A stretch of DNA of 64,000 bases, from NCBI GenBank assembly GCA_963760485.1, contig CAVXDP010000002.1, forward strand, positions 2,362-66,361, read 5' to 3'. Made by a program: the position numbers and the translations under genes. Below are positions 9,324 through 17,982 of the stretch, one piece after another. The notes below the pieces were generated by a model that was not told the origin of the DNA, did no database searches, and was given only the letters and a program-made list of their open reading frames with translations. Origin of the DNA: Candidatus Bathyarchaeota archaeon (GTDB lineage: Archaea; Thermoproteota; Bathyarchaeia; 40CM-2-53-6; CAVXDP01). Position 1 is the stretch's first letter. Each line of letters opens with the position of its first letter.

Positions 9324-9735
9324 TGACTTGACAGTTACATCCAAGATAAGCCAACCAGAGATCAGTGAGGCCCTGCGCAATGAGTTGAGAGAGAAACTCA
9401 TAGGCGAATCAAATATGTTTCCAGACAGGCCCGTGTTCAATATTCAAGAAGCCGGCTTGAGTCAAGCTGTGAAGTTGCTCCTTCAAAAGTTCGATGCGAG
9501 ATTCCTAACGATCACGGCCTACGATGATGGAGTTGATTTTGAACTAATCTATCACATTGACGTTAAGGGTACAGTATTGAATCTTAAGGTGTTAATTCCG
9601 AAGGAAGAATCGCAGATAGCTTCGATCACGAATATTGTACCCGGAGCCTGCTCAGCAGAGAGAGAAATATGGGATCTTTTCCAGATCAAGTTTGAAGGAA
9701 TAAGCGATTCAAGAGCTCTCGATCGCTCCATATGA
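9307..9735 (+). CDS. NuoC/EchD-like hydrogenase subunit; C-terminus continues in another frame
   Basis: FLTITAYDDGVDFELIYH..AEREIWDLFQIKFEG matches the 30-kDa subunit family. The family-typical ending PYEWRDTNAPLRK is read in the frame of ORF 9770..10006, so there is an apparent indel near 9725-9733. Confidence 0.8.
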   Translation: MMRGNSDLTVTSKISQPEISEALRNELREKLIGESNMFPDRPVFNIQEAGLSQAVKLLLQKFDARFLTITAYDDGVDFELIYHIDVKGTVLNLKVLIPKEESQIASITNIVPGACSAEREIWDLFQIKFEGISDSRALDRSI

Positions 9736-9769
9736 ATGGAGAGACACCAATGCCCCATTAAGGAAACCG

Positions 9770-10006
9770 ATGGGCGGCATCGTCGCAAGTTTTCAGAAAC
9801 CCACCGTTGAAAAACTCATGCAGCAGGGCATGGTATTCCCCATATCTTCCATGGTGAACAATCAGAGGGCTGCACTCAAGCTTCCCCCGATCGTGTCGAC
9901 AATAACGAAGCCCGAAGCTCTCAAGGAGATCCATGAAATAGCATCAGAAGTAGGCTTCGACAAGAGAATAGGATACTCTCTGGGTAAAAACAAGTTCAGG
10001 TACTGA
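9770..10006 (+). CDS. Cys-free 78-aa segment, either a separate ORF or a C-terminal extension of the NuoC-like subunit; possible HdrC-arm analog
   Basis: The frame is open from 9704 and in frame with the PLRK ending of the NuoC-like protein. It lies directly upstream of hdrB, where hdrC normally sits. Any similarity to the HdrC C-terminus is from memory only. Confidence 0.45.
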   Translation: MGGIVASFQKPTVEKLMQQGMVFPISSMVNNQRAALKLPPIVSTITKPEALKEIHEIASEVGFDKRIGYSLGKNKFRY

Positions 10007-10009
10007 ACA

Positions 10010-10908
10010 ATGGAGCAAAGAAAAGAATACGCCATGTACTGGGCTGCTGGGTCGAAGCGAGACAACATAGCGTTGAAGCTGCCTGCCGAGGGGTTTTGGA
10101 GAGATTTGGAATAAACGCACGAGACATGGAAGGTGCTTCGTGTTGCCCTGACCCCGTGGTCACGGAGAGACTTCAGCGTGAACTGTGGCTGGCATTGGCT
10201 GCAAGAAACCTTTCCATAGCAGAAAACATGAAAATGGACATGGTAACCGTCTGCAACGGTTGCTACGAGACACTTTTTGAAGCAAGAGAGATGTTGAAGA
10301 CAAACCAGGAATTCAGAGAGAAAACGGAGAAAGCTCTCGCCAGAGTTGGAAAACCATTTCCAGCAAATCCAGGACTGAAGCACATTATTGACGTGTTGGC
10401 TCATGATATTGGAGTTGAAAAAATCAGTAAGTTGAGTGCCAACCGCCTGAACAAATTGAATGTTGCAATTCATCCGGGTTGTCACTTGCTTAGGTCGCAT
10501 AGCCGCGAGAGTTCCCGCGAAAGACCGAAAATGTTTGAAGACATTGTCACTGCAACGGGCGCCGTGGACGTGGACTATCGGTTGAAAAGGTTTTGCTGTG
10601 GATATCCCCATCGTGTCGTTGAAGAAGAATTCTCACTGAAAATGATGCTTGCAAAGAAGTTGCATAGCATCTGGATGAAGGCGGCAGATTGTATAGTAGT
10701 CTGCTGTCCAGCATGCAACATCCAATTTGAACTGGGACAACTTGAACTCAAGAGGAAATATCAAATTGATTTTGGTGAGGGAGGGATAGGAATACCCGCA
10801 ATCCATATTGCTGAACTCGTTGCCCTAGGCATCGGAATGAAACCTGAAGAATTCGGCCTACGAAACCATCGAGGCCCGGTCCAAAACATAATCTCAAAGC
10901 TGGGATAG
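10010..10908 (+). CDS. hdrB: heterodisulfide reductase subunit B (HdrB) homolog, N-terminus frameshifted near 10039
   Basis: Two CCG-type Cys motifs: (Y)LGC..DMEGASCCPDP..VCNGC and HPGCHLL..FCCGYP..CCPACNIQFELGQ. The N-terminus MEQRKEYAMY joins LGCWVEA.. only after a 1-nt correction. Confidence 0.85.
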
Positions 10909-10912
10909 AGAA

Positions 10913-12082
10913 TTGTCAACAATCATACCTATTGGCCCATTTCATCCAGCACTCAAGGAATCGGCATTTTTCAAACTTGAGATTGATGGTGAAAAGATAG
11001 TCGGTGGCGACATAAAGTTCGGTTACATGCATAGAGGAATAGAAGACCTCGCCACAAAGAAGACTTATCATAGCAATATCTTTCTGGCAGAAAGAGTATG
11101 CGGAATCTGCAACACCGTTCACTCTACATGCTACACCCAGACGGTAGAGGCCTTGATGGGTATGATCCCCCCTGAAAGGGCTAAGTACATTAGGACAATC
11201 ATTTTCGAGACTGAAAGAATTCAAAGCCACCTGCTTTGGTTCGGAGTCGCAATGCACGAGATAGGCTACGACACAGCGTACATGTACATGTGGAAAGAAA
11301 GAGAACATGCCGTGGAAATACTCGAGGCAATCTGTGGAAAAAGGGTCAACCTTGGACTGAACACGTTAGGTGGCGTAAGAAGGGACATTACGCCCGAACT
11401 GAAGAAATTCGTAGCCACAAAGATGGACATACTGGAAAAAGTCGTTGAAAAGGTTGGAAAAATAGTCACCGAAGACAGAATCGTGAAACAAAGGGTAAGA
11501 GATGTTGGCGTGCTCACAAGAGATAATGCCAAGAAACTCTGTGTCGTCGGACCCACGGCCAGAGGCTCCGGTGTTGACATAGACATAAGAAGGGATGATC
11601 CATACGCTGCATACGCGAACGTCGAGTTTGATGTTCCAGTGCAGGAAGGTGGAGACGTCCTCTCGAGGACCCTGGTTAGACTAAACGAACTTTTCCAATC
11701 AATAAGAATAATCCGTCAAGCTTTGAAAGATCTCCCAGACGGCCCAATTGTTCTTGACGAACTTCCTTTTCCTAGAGTTGGAGAGGCCTTTGGAAGGGTT
11801 GAGGCTCACCGCGGTGAGCTCCTCTACTATGTTAGGTCAAACGGCTCAAACCGCCCTGAACGAGTCAAGATTCGGACACCGTCTGTGGTTAACAACAATG
11901 CTTTGTTGCCAATGATGCTGGGAAACACGATAGCGGATGCCCCGATAATACTCGCAAGCATAGATCCATGTATGTCTTGTACGGACAGAGTCACGTTACT
12001 TGACCTTAGAAAGAACTCCAAAAAGGAAGTTAAGCTCTCAAGTCTGAGAAGAGATAGCAAATCAGGAAGGTGCTTCACCTAA
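10913..12082 (+). CDS. [NiFe]-hydrogenase large subunit, group-4 (NuoD/EchE-like) type
   Basis: 389 aa. N-terminal Ni-ligand motif RVCGICNTVH. C-terminal motif DPCMSCTDR followed by a tail of about 30 aa. Confidence 0.9.
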   Translation: MSTIIPIGPFHPALKESAFFKLEIDGEKIVGGDIKFGYMHRGIEDLATKKTYHSNIFLAERVCGICNTVHSTCYTQTVEALMGMIPPERAKYIRTIIFETERIQSHLLWFGVAMHEIGYDTAYMYMWKEREHAVEILEAICGKRVNLGLNTLGGVRRDITPELKKFVATKMDILEKVVEKVGKIVTEDRIVKQRVRDVGVLTRDNAKKLCVVGPTARGSGVDIDIRRDDPYAAYANVEFDVPVQEGGDVLSRTLVRLNELFQSIRIIRQALKDLPDGPIVLDELPFPRVGEAFGRVEAHRGELLYYVRSNGSNRPERVKIRTPSVVNNNALLPMMLGNTIADAPIILASIDPCMSCTDRVTLLDLRKNSKKEVKLSSLRRDSKSGRCFT

Positions 12083-12630
12083 CCTTGAAGAAGAACATTG
12101 TAATAGAAGCTCTCAGAGGACTTGTGAATCCCGTTACTACAAAGTACCCGGAGCAACCGTATCTTCCCCCAGATGGATATAGAGGCGCAGCTGAATACGA
12201 CTCAGAGAAATGTGTGGGTTGCGGCGCGTGTGCTCAGGAGTGCCCTCCTGGAGCTATCACATACACGGATACTGAAGAAGCACGAAAAATCAGATTGAGC
12301 TACGGACTCTGCTCCTTCTGTGGACGCTGTGAAGAAATCTGTCCGTGGGATGCAATCCACCTAACCAAGAAATATGAGTTGGCCGTCTACGATAGAAAGG
12401 ATGCAGAGACAGGAATCGATGTTCCCTTCTTCAAGTGTATTGAATGTGGAAGACCATTCATTCCATCTCCACAGATGAAAGCTTCACTTGACAGAGTGAA
12501 GGAGACCCTCGCAAAATATGGAATTTCGGAACAGGACCTAGCGGGTCTAGCCTCACTTTGTCCCACATGCGCGTTTAGCGTTACAGGGATTCCCCAAAGA
12601 AGAATGTTCATGCGAAAACTGGTCAGGTAA
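12070..12630 (+). CDS. NuoI/EchF-like 2x[4Fe-4S] subunit with extra C-terminal Cys pairs
   Basis: TTKYPEQPYLPPDGYRG, CVGCGACAQECP and CSFCGRCEEICP, plus CIECG..CPTCA. Confidence 0.85.
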   Translation: MLHLTLKKNIVIEALRGLVNPVTTKYPEQPYLPPDGYRGAAEYDSEKCVGCGACAQECPPGAITYTDTEEARKIRLSYGLCSFCGRCEEICPWDAIHLTKKYELAVYDRKDAETGIDVPFFKCIECGRPFIPSPQMKASLDRVKETLAKYGISEQDLAGLASLCPTCAFSVTGIPQRRMFMRKLVR

Positions 12631-12635
12631 CACAA

Positions 12636-13055
12636 ATGTTAGAGAGTCTCAAGTCTTTCGCGAGAAGAAAATCTCCGTGGATAATGCATTGTCCATGTGG
12701 AGGCTGCAATGGATGCGACATAGAAATAATTGCGGCGTTGACACCCAAATACGATTTGGAGCGGTTCGGCGTTCTCCAAAGAGGGACCCCCAGACATGCT
12801 GACATACTGCTTGTCACGGGCGTAGTCACTCAACAAGTGAAAGACCGACTCAAGAGAATTCATGACATGACGCCGGACCCTAAGCATGTTGTTGCAGTAG
12901 GCTCTTGCGCATTGGATGGTGACATTTTCCATGACGGTTACGGATATGCTGGCCCATTGGACAAGATTATGCCGGTAAGTGTGTATATACCTGGATGCCC
13001 TCCGAGACCTGAAGCCATAATTGATGGCATTAGCAAACTCCTGAAAAAGATCTAG
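12636..13055 (+). CDS. [NiFe]-hydrogenase small subunit, group-4 (NuoB/EchC-like) type
   Basis: Motifs GGCNGCDIEI, PRHADILLVTG, VGSCALDGDIF and PGCPPRPEAI. Confidence 0.9.
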   Translation: MLESLKSFARRKSPWIMHCPCGGCNGCDIEIIAALTPKYDLERFGVLQRGTPRHADILLVTGVVTQQVKDRLKRIHDMTPDPKHVVAVGSCALDGDIFHDGYGYAGPLDKIMPVSVYIPGCPPRPEAIIDGISKLLKKI

Positions 13056-13123
13056 GGCGCTAGCGACCCTACGGTTTCTACATGGAATACTTTATGATGC
13101 ATCCCACAATGGCAGACAGATGC

Positions 13124-15345
13124 TCAAACCCTGTCCATGAAATCTTCAGCCTTCTGCGGTTCCGGTGGGAGACCTTTCCTCTTCCTAATATCTGTCATTA
13201 CCTGAGTGAGCATTGAGACTGGAACTGGAGACCACCTAGCGAATTCTAGACCCCAGAAAGCTCTTCCAGCCGTTGCACCTCGCAGAATTTCTGATAAATC
13301 GAATGTTTCAGCCGTCGGCATTTCTCCAACCACATACATCAAGTGACCTTTCTGATCAACCGACACGACCTTGCCTCTCTTCTGTGATATCACACTCGTG
13401 ACTTCGCCAAGTAGATCAGGCGGAATCTTCGCAGTCATCCTCTGAACGGGTTCTAGGAGAGTAGGCTGCGCTGAAAGGAAAGCTGCAAACAGGGCTCTTC
13501 TCATCATAGGCATTAGCTGGGCGGGGCCACGATGGACAGGATCCTCGTGAAGACTAACATCCGAGATCCTGGTTTTCACTCCCCTTATCTGCTCATAGGC
13601 TAGAGGACCCTCTTTGATACCCCATTTGTAACCTGCAATTATCATGTCCTTGCCTTCCAGTAAGTACTGGGCACCCTTTGTCACTTCAGTTAGAATGTTG
13701 CAGGTATCGTCAAGTGCCCAGATTCCTCGTGACTCGTCCGTGTCCCATCCCTTTTCTCTTAGGAGTTTTGCCATCGCATGTTTGTCCATGTACTCGCTGA
13801 TCTTGCCTGTCTTCATCATGTCGACAACTTCTTCTTGGAGTGGCTCAACGCTAACTTTTACCTTATTGTGTTTGTTAGGTGACTTTCCTTCGAATGGTCC
13901 AGCTGAGGATTTTATGCTCTCTCGGTAAAGAACTATGGGTTCTGATGTCGTCACTTCGAGACCTGTCTTCGTTATCAGGGTTGTAGCAATCTCGAGGTGA
14001 AGTGTACCCATTCCGGAGATGAGATATTCCCCAGTCTCCTCGTTTATTTTTGTGACAAGGTTAGGATCTTCTATCGTGAGCTTTCTCAACGTCTCAACGA
14101 GCTTGGGCAGATCACGGCTATACTTCGGTTCAACTGCGATTGTGACAACGGGTTCCGTGACATAGCTGACAGCTTCGAACGGAGCCACGTCCTTTGTGCT
14201 AGCTAACGTTTCTCCAGCTCTTGCCGCTTGGATACCCAAGACTGCAGGGATGTTTCCAGCTCCAAGTGAACCAATGACTTCACGGTATGGCCCCATGTAG
14301 ATGCAAACTTGCTGAATCCGCGCTTCGGATTTCGCTCCAATGAGGTACACCGTTTCGCCTTCGCGAAGTGTTCCTGAGAACAATCTTCCAGTCGCTCGCC
14401 ACACCGGCCTGCGGATCCACCACTATGTTTACAATACACATAACCGCGGGGCCATTGTCATCACAATTCATCATCGACTGTCCAATTTCACTGTTCACGT
14501 CTCCATGCCATATCTTGGGAATCCTATACTTCTGGGCCACATGTGGCGGTACCATCGATCCGATACACATGTTCAGTATAGCTTCATGTAACGGACTTTT
14601 GTCACGAAGTTCCTCAACTTTACCAATGTTGTAGGAGTCCACGACATCAGAAAACTTGACTCCTTTGGATTTTGCAATCTCACTTGTAAAACCCCATCTG
14701 TCTTTCGCTGAGCCCATGGCGACGGTGTTTGTAGCAAAACTAACCTTCCAATTCTCTCGAAACTCGGGTTCAGCGTAAAGTTCGATAAGATCGTTGAAGT
14801 CCTTAATTATCCTCGCGATTCTTTCCTGAATCTGCTCCGCAGTCAGTTTCAGTTCCTTGATCAGACGATCTATCTTGTTTATGTACAGAACTGGTCTAAC
14901 TCTCTCTTCAAGAGCCTGTCTAGTCACCGTTTCTGTCTGAACCATGACTTCCTCAACAGCGTCAACCACCACCACAGCTCCGTCAATTGCTCTGAGTGAT
15001 CGAGTGACTCTACCCGAAAAATCAACGTGACCAGGAGTATCGATAAGGTTGATCACGTAGGGCGTGCCATCTTTCTCGTGAAGCAAGCTAACGTTGGCGG
15101 CCTTGATCGTCATCTGTCGCTTCTGTTCTTCTTCCATAAAGTCTAGAGCCAGAGCTGAACCAGCCACGGATGGCGATAACATCCCGGCAGCAGCAAGGAG
15201 AGAATCGCTCATCGTGGTTTTTCCATGATCAACATGAGCAATGATACCAATATTATCCGGACGTGGAAAACTTCTACGCCTTTCGGATTTGGTCCTTGTT
15301 CTGTATGATCTTCATTATCTCCGTGGTTGTTTTGTAACGAACCAT
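13124..15345 (-). CDS. fusA: translation elongation factor aEF-2, interrupted by a 28-nt insert and one +/-1 shift
   Basis: AHVDHGKTT, DTPGHVDF, NKIDR and the diphthamide loop LHEDPVHRGPAQ. Exon 1 is 15345..15282 (MVRYKTTTEIMKIIQNKDQIR). The insert is 15281..15254. The gene then follows the frame of ORF 14280..15212 and shifts near 14395 into ORF 13124..14404. Confidence 0.9.
15254..15281 (-). other. candidate BHB (splicing-endonuclease) intron within the aEF-2 coding sequence
   Basis: 28 nt containing an in-frame TAG. 3-nt bulge AAA, 4-bp helix UCCG/CGGA, 3-nt bulge UAA, flanked by 5-bp inner and 6-bp outer helices. Excision restores IRN-IGIIAHVDHGKTT. Confidence 0.6.
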
Positions 15346-15649
15346 TTCCTAAATCCCATTCCAATATTTGAACCAGCCACCAAAGCGCTGGTTTACTTTG
15401 GTTCCTTCTCAAAAGGAACCGCGCTAGTAGAGCTTCTTGAGGTTTTTATAGTTTTAGTCAAGCCTAGCCAATACCAAATGAACTGTGAAGGACTTCGAAG
15501 AGCAATTCCAGATTCTTCGGCGATCGATGAGCGCAGTCTGAGATACATAGATTTTCAAGAGTCAGATCCACACTTTCATTTGATTACGAGTTAACGCTTC
15601 CATATGAGCTTGAACCAATCTGTATCTGTCAAGTGGGCTGGAACAATAA

Positions 15650-17258
15650 ATGATTCAGAATGGAGAACTTCCATTTACAGTGCTTGCAGAACTTTGCGCA
15701 AGCTTAGAAAAGACAAGTGGAAGAATTGAGAAAACACGCCTACTCAGCGCTTTCTTGAAACTCTTACAACCTGACGAGATTGAACCTGCAGTCGCAATGA
15801 TCAAGGCAGAACGTTTCCAGAATCAGATCCTAGAGTGCTTCAGATCGGTGGCAGAATCATATGGAAAAAGATCGTTCAACAGGCACGGCAAACTGCACTG
15901 GTTCAATCAACTCTTACTTTGAAGAAGGTTCAGAAGATCTTCGATGACATAGCATCCGCCTATGGTGCAAGGCTCAAGAGACAAGAAGGAGGCTTTGGTC
16001 GACGCCCTACTTGGTCAGGCCTCGCCCTTGGAGCGGGAGTATGTTACAAGGATAGCTCTCGGAGAGATGCGAATAGGTGTCGTTGAGGGAGTCATGGAAG
16101 AGGCCATCGCGAAAGCGTCGGATGTAGACGTTGAACTTGTGAAAAGGGCAAACATGCTTTCTGGAAATCTTGGCACTGTTGCCCGAATAGCACTGGAAAA
16201 AGGTCGAAACGGTTTGAGACAGATTTCTGTGACCCTTTTCAATCCAATCAAGCCTATGCTCGCAGAAACGTCAAGCCTAATCGAAGTCTTGGCTGACAAA
16301 AGGGGCAAGGTGGCGTTCGAATACAAGTTCGACGGAGTGCGAATACAAGCCATAAGAATGGCGAGCGGATTTCAATATACACGAGGAGACTCACAGACAC
16401 AACCATTAGCCTACCAGATATTGTTGAGGTTATTCGACAAAAAACCTATGCAACCAAGGCACTCTTAGAGGGAGAAGTTGTTGCAGTCGGATCGACCGGC
16501 AAACCACTTCCATTTCAAGACTAATGCGAAGGTTCAGAAGAACAGTTGACGTCGAGAAGATAGCCAAAGAGATTCCTCTGAAGCTGTGCCTTTTCGACAT
16601 ATTACTGGTAGAGGACACTCCGTTGTTTGATCTGCCGTACCAAGAAAGATGGAGTATTCTGAGCAGGATCTGTAGCGAGGATCTCTTGGCAAGAAGGATA
16701 ATAACGGACCAGCTTGCCGAAGCTGAACGTTTTCTCGTCGAAGCCATAAAGGCTGGACATGAAGGGCTAATGGCCAAATCACTTGATGGAACATACGTTC
16801 CAGCCGTCCGAGGGAAGAGATGGCTCAAGATCAAGCCCCCGGAAAGCCTAGACGTTGTTATCGTCGCAGCTGACTGGGGATCTGGCAGAAGAAGAAATTG
16901 GTTGAGCAATTATCATCTTGCTGTCAGAGACCCAGAGAATGGCCGGTTTTTCGATGTTGGGAAAACCTTCAAGGGTCTAACCGATTCCGAGTTCCGAATG
17001 ATCACTGATAGACTTCAAAGCATCAAAACTGGTGAGACAGATTACACAGTCTTCGTCAAACCAGAGATCGTCGTAGAAGTTACGTATAACGAAATTCAGA
17101 AAAGTCCACATTATGACTCTGGCTTCGCACTAAGATTTGCACGAATAACTCGGATAAGAGACGATAAAGGCCCGGAGGTGATTGATACAATCCAGAGCGT
17201 CAAAAGATTATACGAAAGGCAGTTTGAACAGAAATCAAGGCGCACAATACAACCCTGA
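15650..17258 (+). CDS. lig: ATP-dependent DNA ligase, read through four apparent +/-1 frameshifts
   Basis: Fragments in five frame segments give a continuous ligase: ELCASLEKTSGR.., ..SPLEREYVTRIALGEMRIG.., adenylation motif EYKFDGVR, LEGEVVAV, LFDILLV, WLKIKP. Shifts lie near 15801, 15969, 16350 and 16521. Confidence 0.85.
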
Positions 17259-17267
17259 GGAATCAAG

Positions 17268-17951
17268 ATGAATGTTGCTCTATTGTTTAGTGGTGGTAAA
17301 GACAGTTGCTTCGCACTGTGGCATGTACTACATCAAGGCTGGAATGTCGTCTCGTTGGTAGCAGTTCATCCAAAGAACCGCAACTCGTACATGTTTCACT
17401 TTCCAAATGTTGAATGGACCAAGCTTCAGGCGGAAGCCCTAGACTTGCCGATCGTAGTCTGCGAAACTGAAGGAGAGAAAGAAGAGGAGGTTATGGATCT
17501 TGAATATTGTCTTTCAACTATCAAGAAATCCACGAAGATAGATGGAGTCGTCTCCGGAGCCGTAGAGAGTGAATATCAAAAGACCAGAGTTGACAGGATT
17601 TGCGACAATCTGGATCTTGCGAGTTTCTCTCCTCTATGGCGGAAGGCTCCTGAAGTCATTCTCACACAAGAGATTGACATAGGCTTTGAAATTCACATAT
17701 CAGCTTGCATGGCCAGAGGCTTTAACGTCGATTGGCTATGGAGAAAAGTAGATGCAAGCTCGTTCGACGAGTTGAAGGAGATAAATCGAAAGTTTGGAAT
17801 TCACTTGGCTTTTGAGGGGGGCGAGGCCGAGACATTCGTGACTGATGGCCCAATCTTCAAGAAGAGAATAGTAGTGACAAGTTCAGAGAATATTTGGAAT
17901 GGTGATGCGGGATACCTTCAGATAAGAAGTGCGGAGCTCCGAACGAAGTGA
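17268..17951 (+). CDS. dph6: diphthine-ammonia ligase (Dph6/MJ0570-family ATP pyrophosphatase)
   Basis: N-terminal PP-loop ALLFSGGKDSCFAL, plus GVVSGAVESEYQKTRVDRIC and FEGGEAETFV. Confidence 0.8.
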   Translation: MNVALLFSGGKDSCFALWHVLHQGWNVVSLVAVHPKNRNSYMFHFPNVEWTKLQAEALDLPIVVCETEGEKEEEVMDLEYCLSTIKKSTKIDGVVSGAVESEYQKTRVDRICDNLDLASFSPLWRKAPEVILTQEIDIGFEIHISACMARGFNVDWLWRKVDASSFDELKEINRKFGIHLAFEGGEAETFVTDGPIFKKRIVVTSSENIWNGDAGYLQIRSAELRTK

Positions 17952-17982
17952 TGCTATAAACCGCAATTTGCCCGGAGCCAAA

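Noticed and set aside
10030-10045. Programmed ribosomal frameshifting in hdrB, the NuoC-like gene, ligase and other genes.
   Set aside because: There is no slippery heptamer or downstream structure pattern common to the sites. The shifts go in both directions and cluster in short homopolymers across unrelated genes, which fits sequencing error.
15254-15281. The 28-nt fusA insert as just another sequencing artefact or a small duplication.
   Set aside because: It is not a homopolymer indel, and I found no nearby duplicate of the 28 nt. Its ends coincide to the nucleotide with the BHB cleavage rule and with restoration of a conserved motif. It is kept as a finding but needs read and RNA confirmation.
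13124-15345. The interrupted EF-2 as a divergent EF-2 paralog or pseudogene copy.
   Set aside because: The sequence is canonical throughout (all G motifs and the diphthamide His loop) and highly similar to crenarchaeal aEF-2. A second copy elsewhere in the genome cannot be excluded from this window alone.
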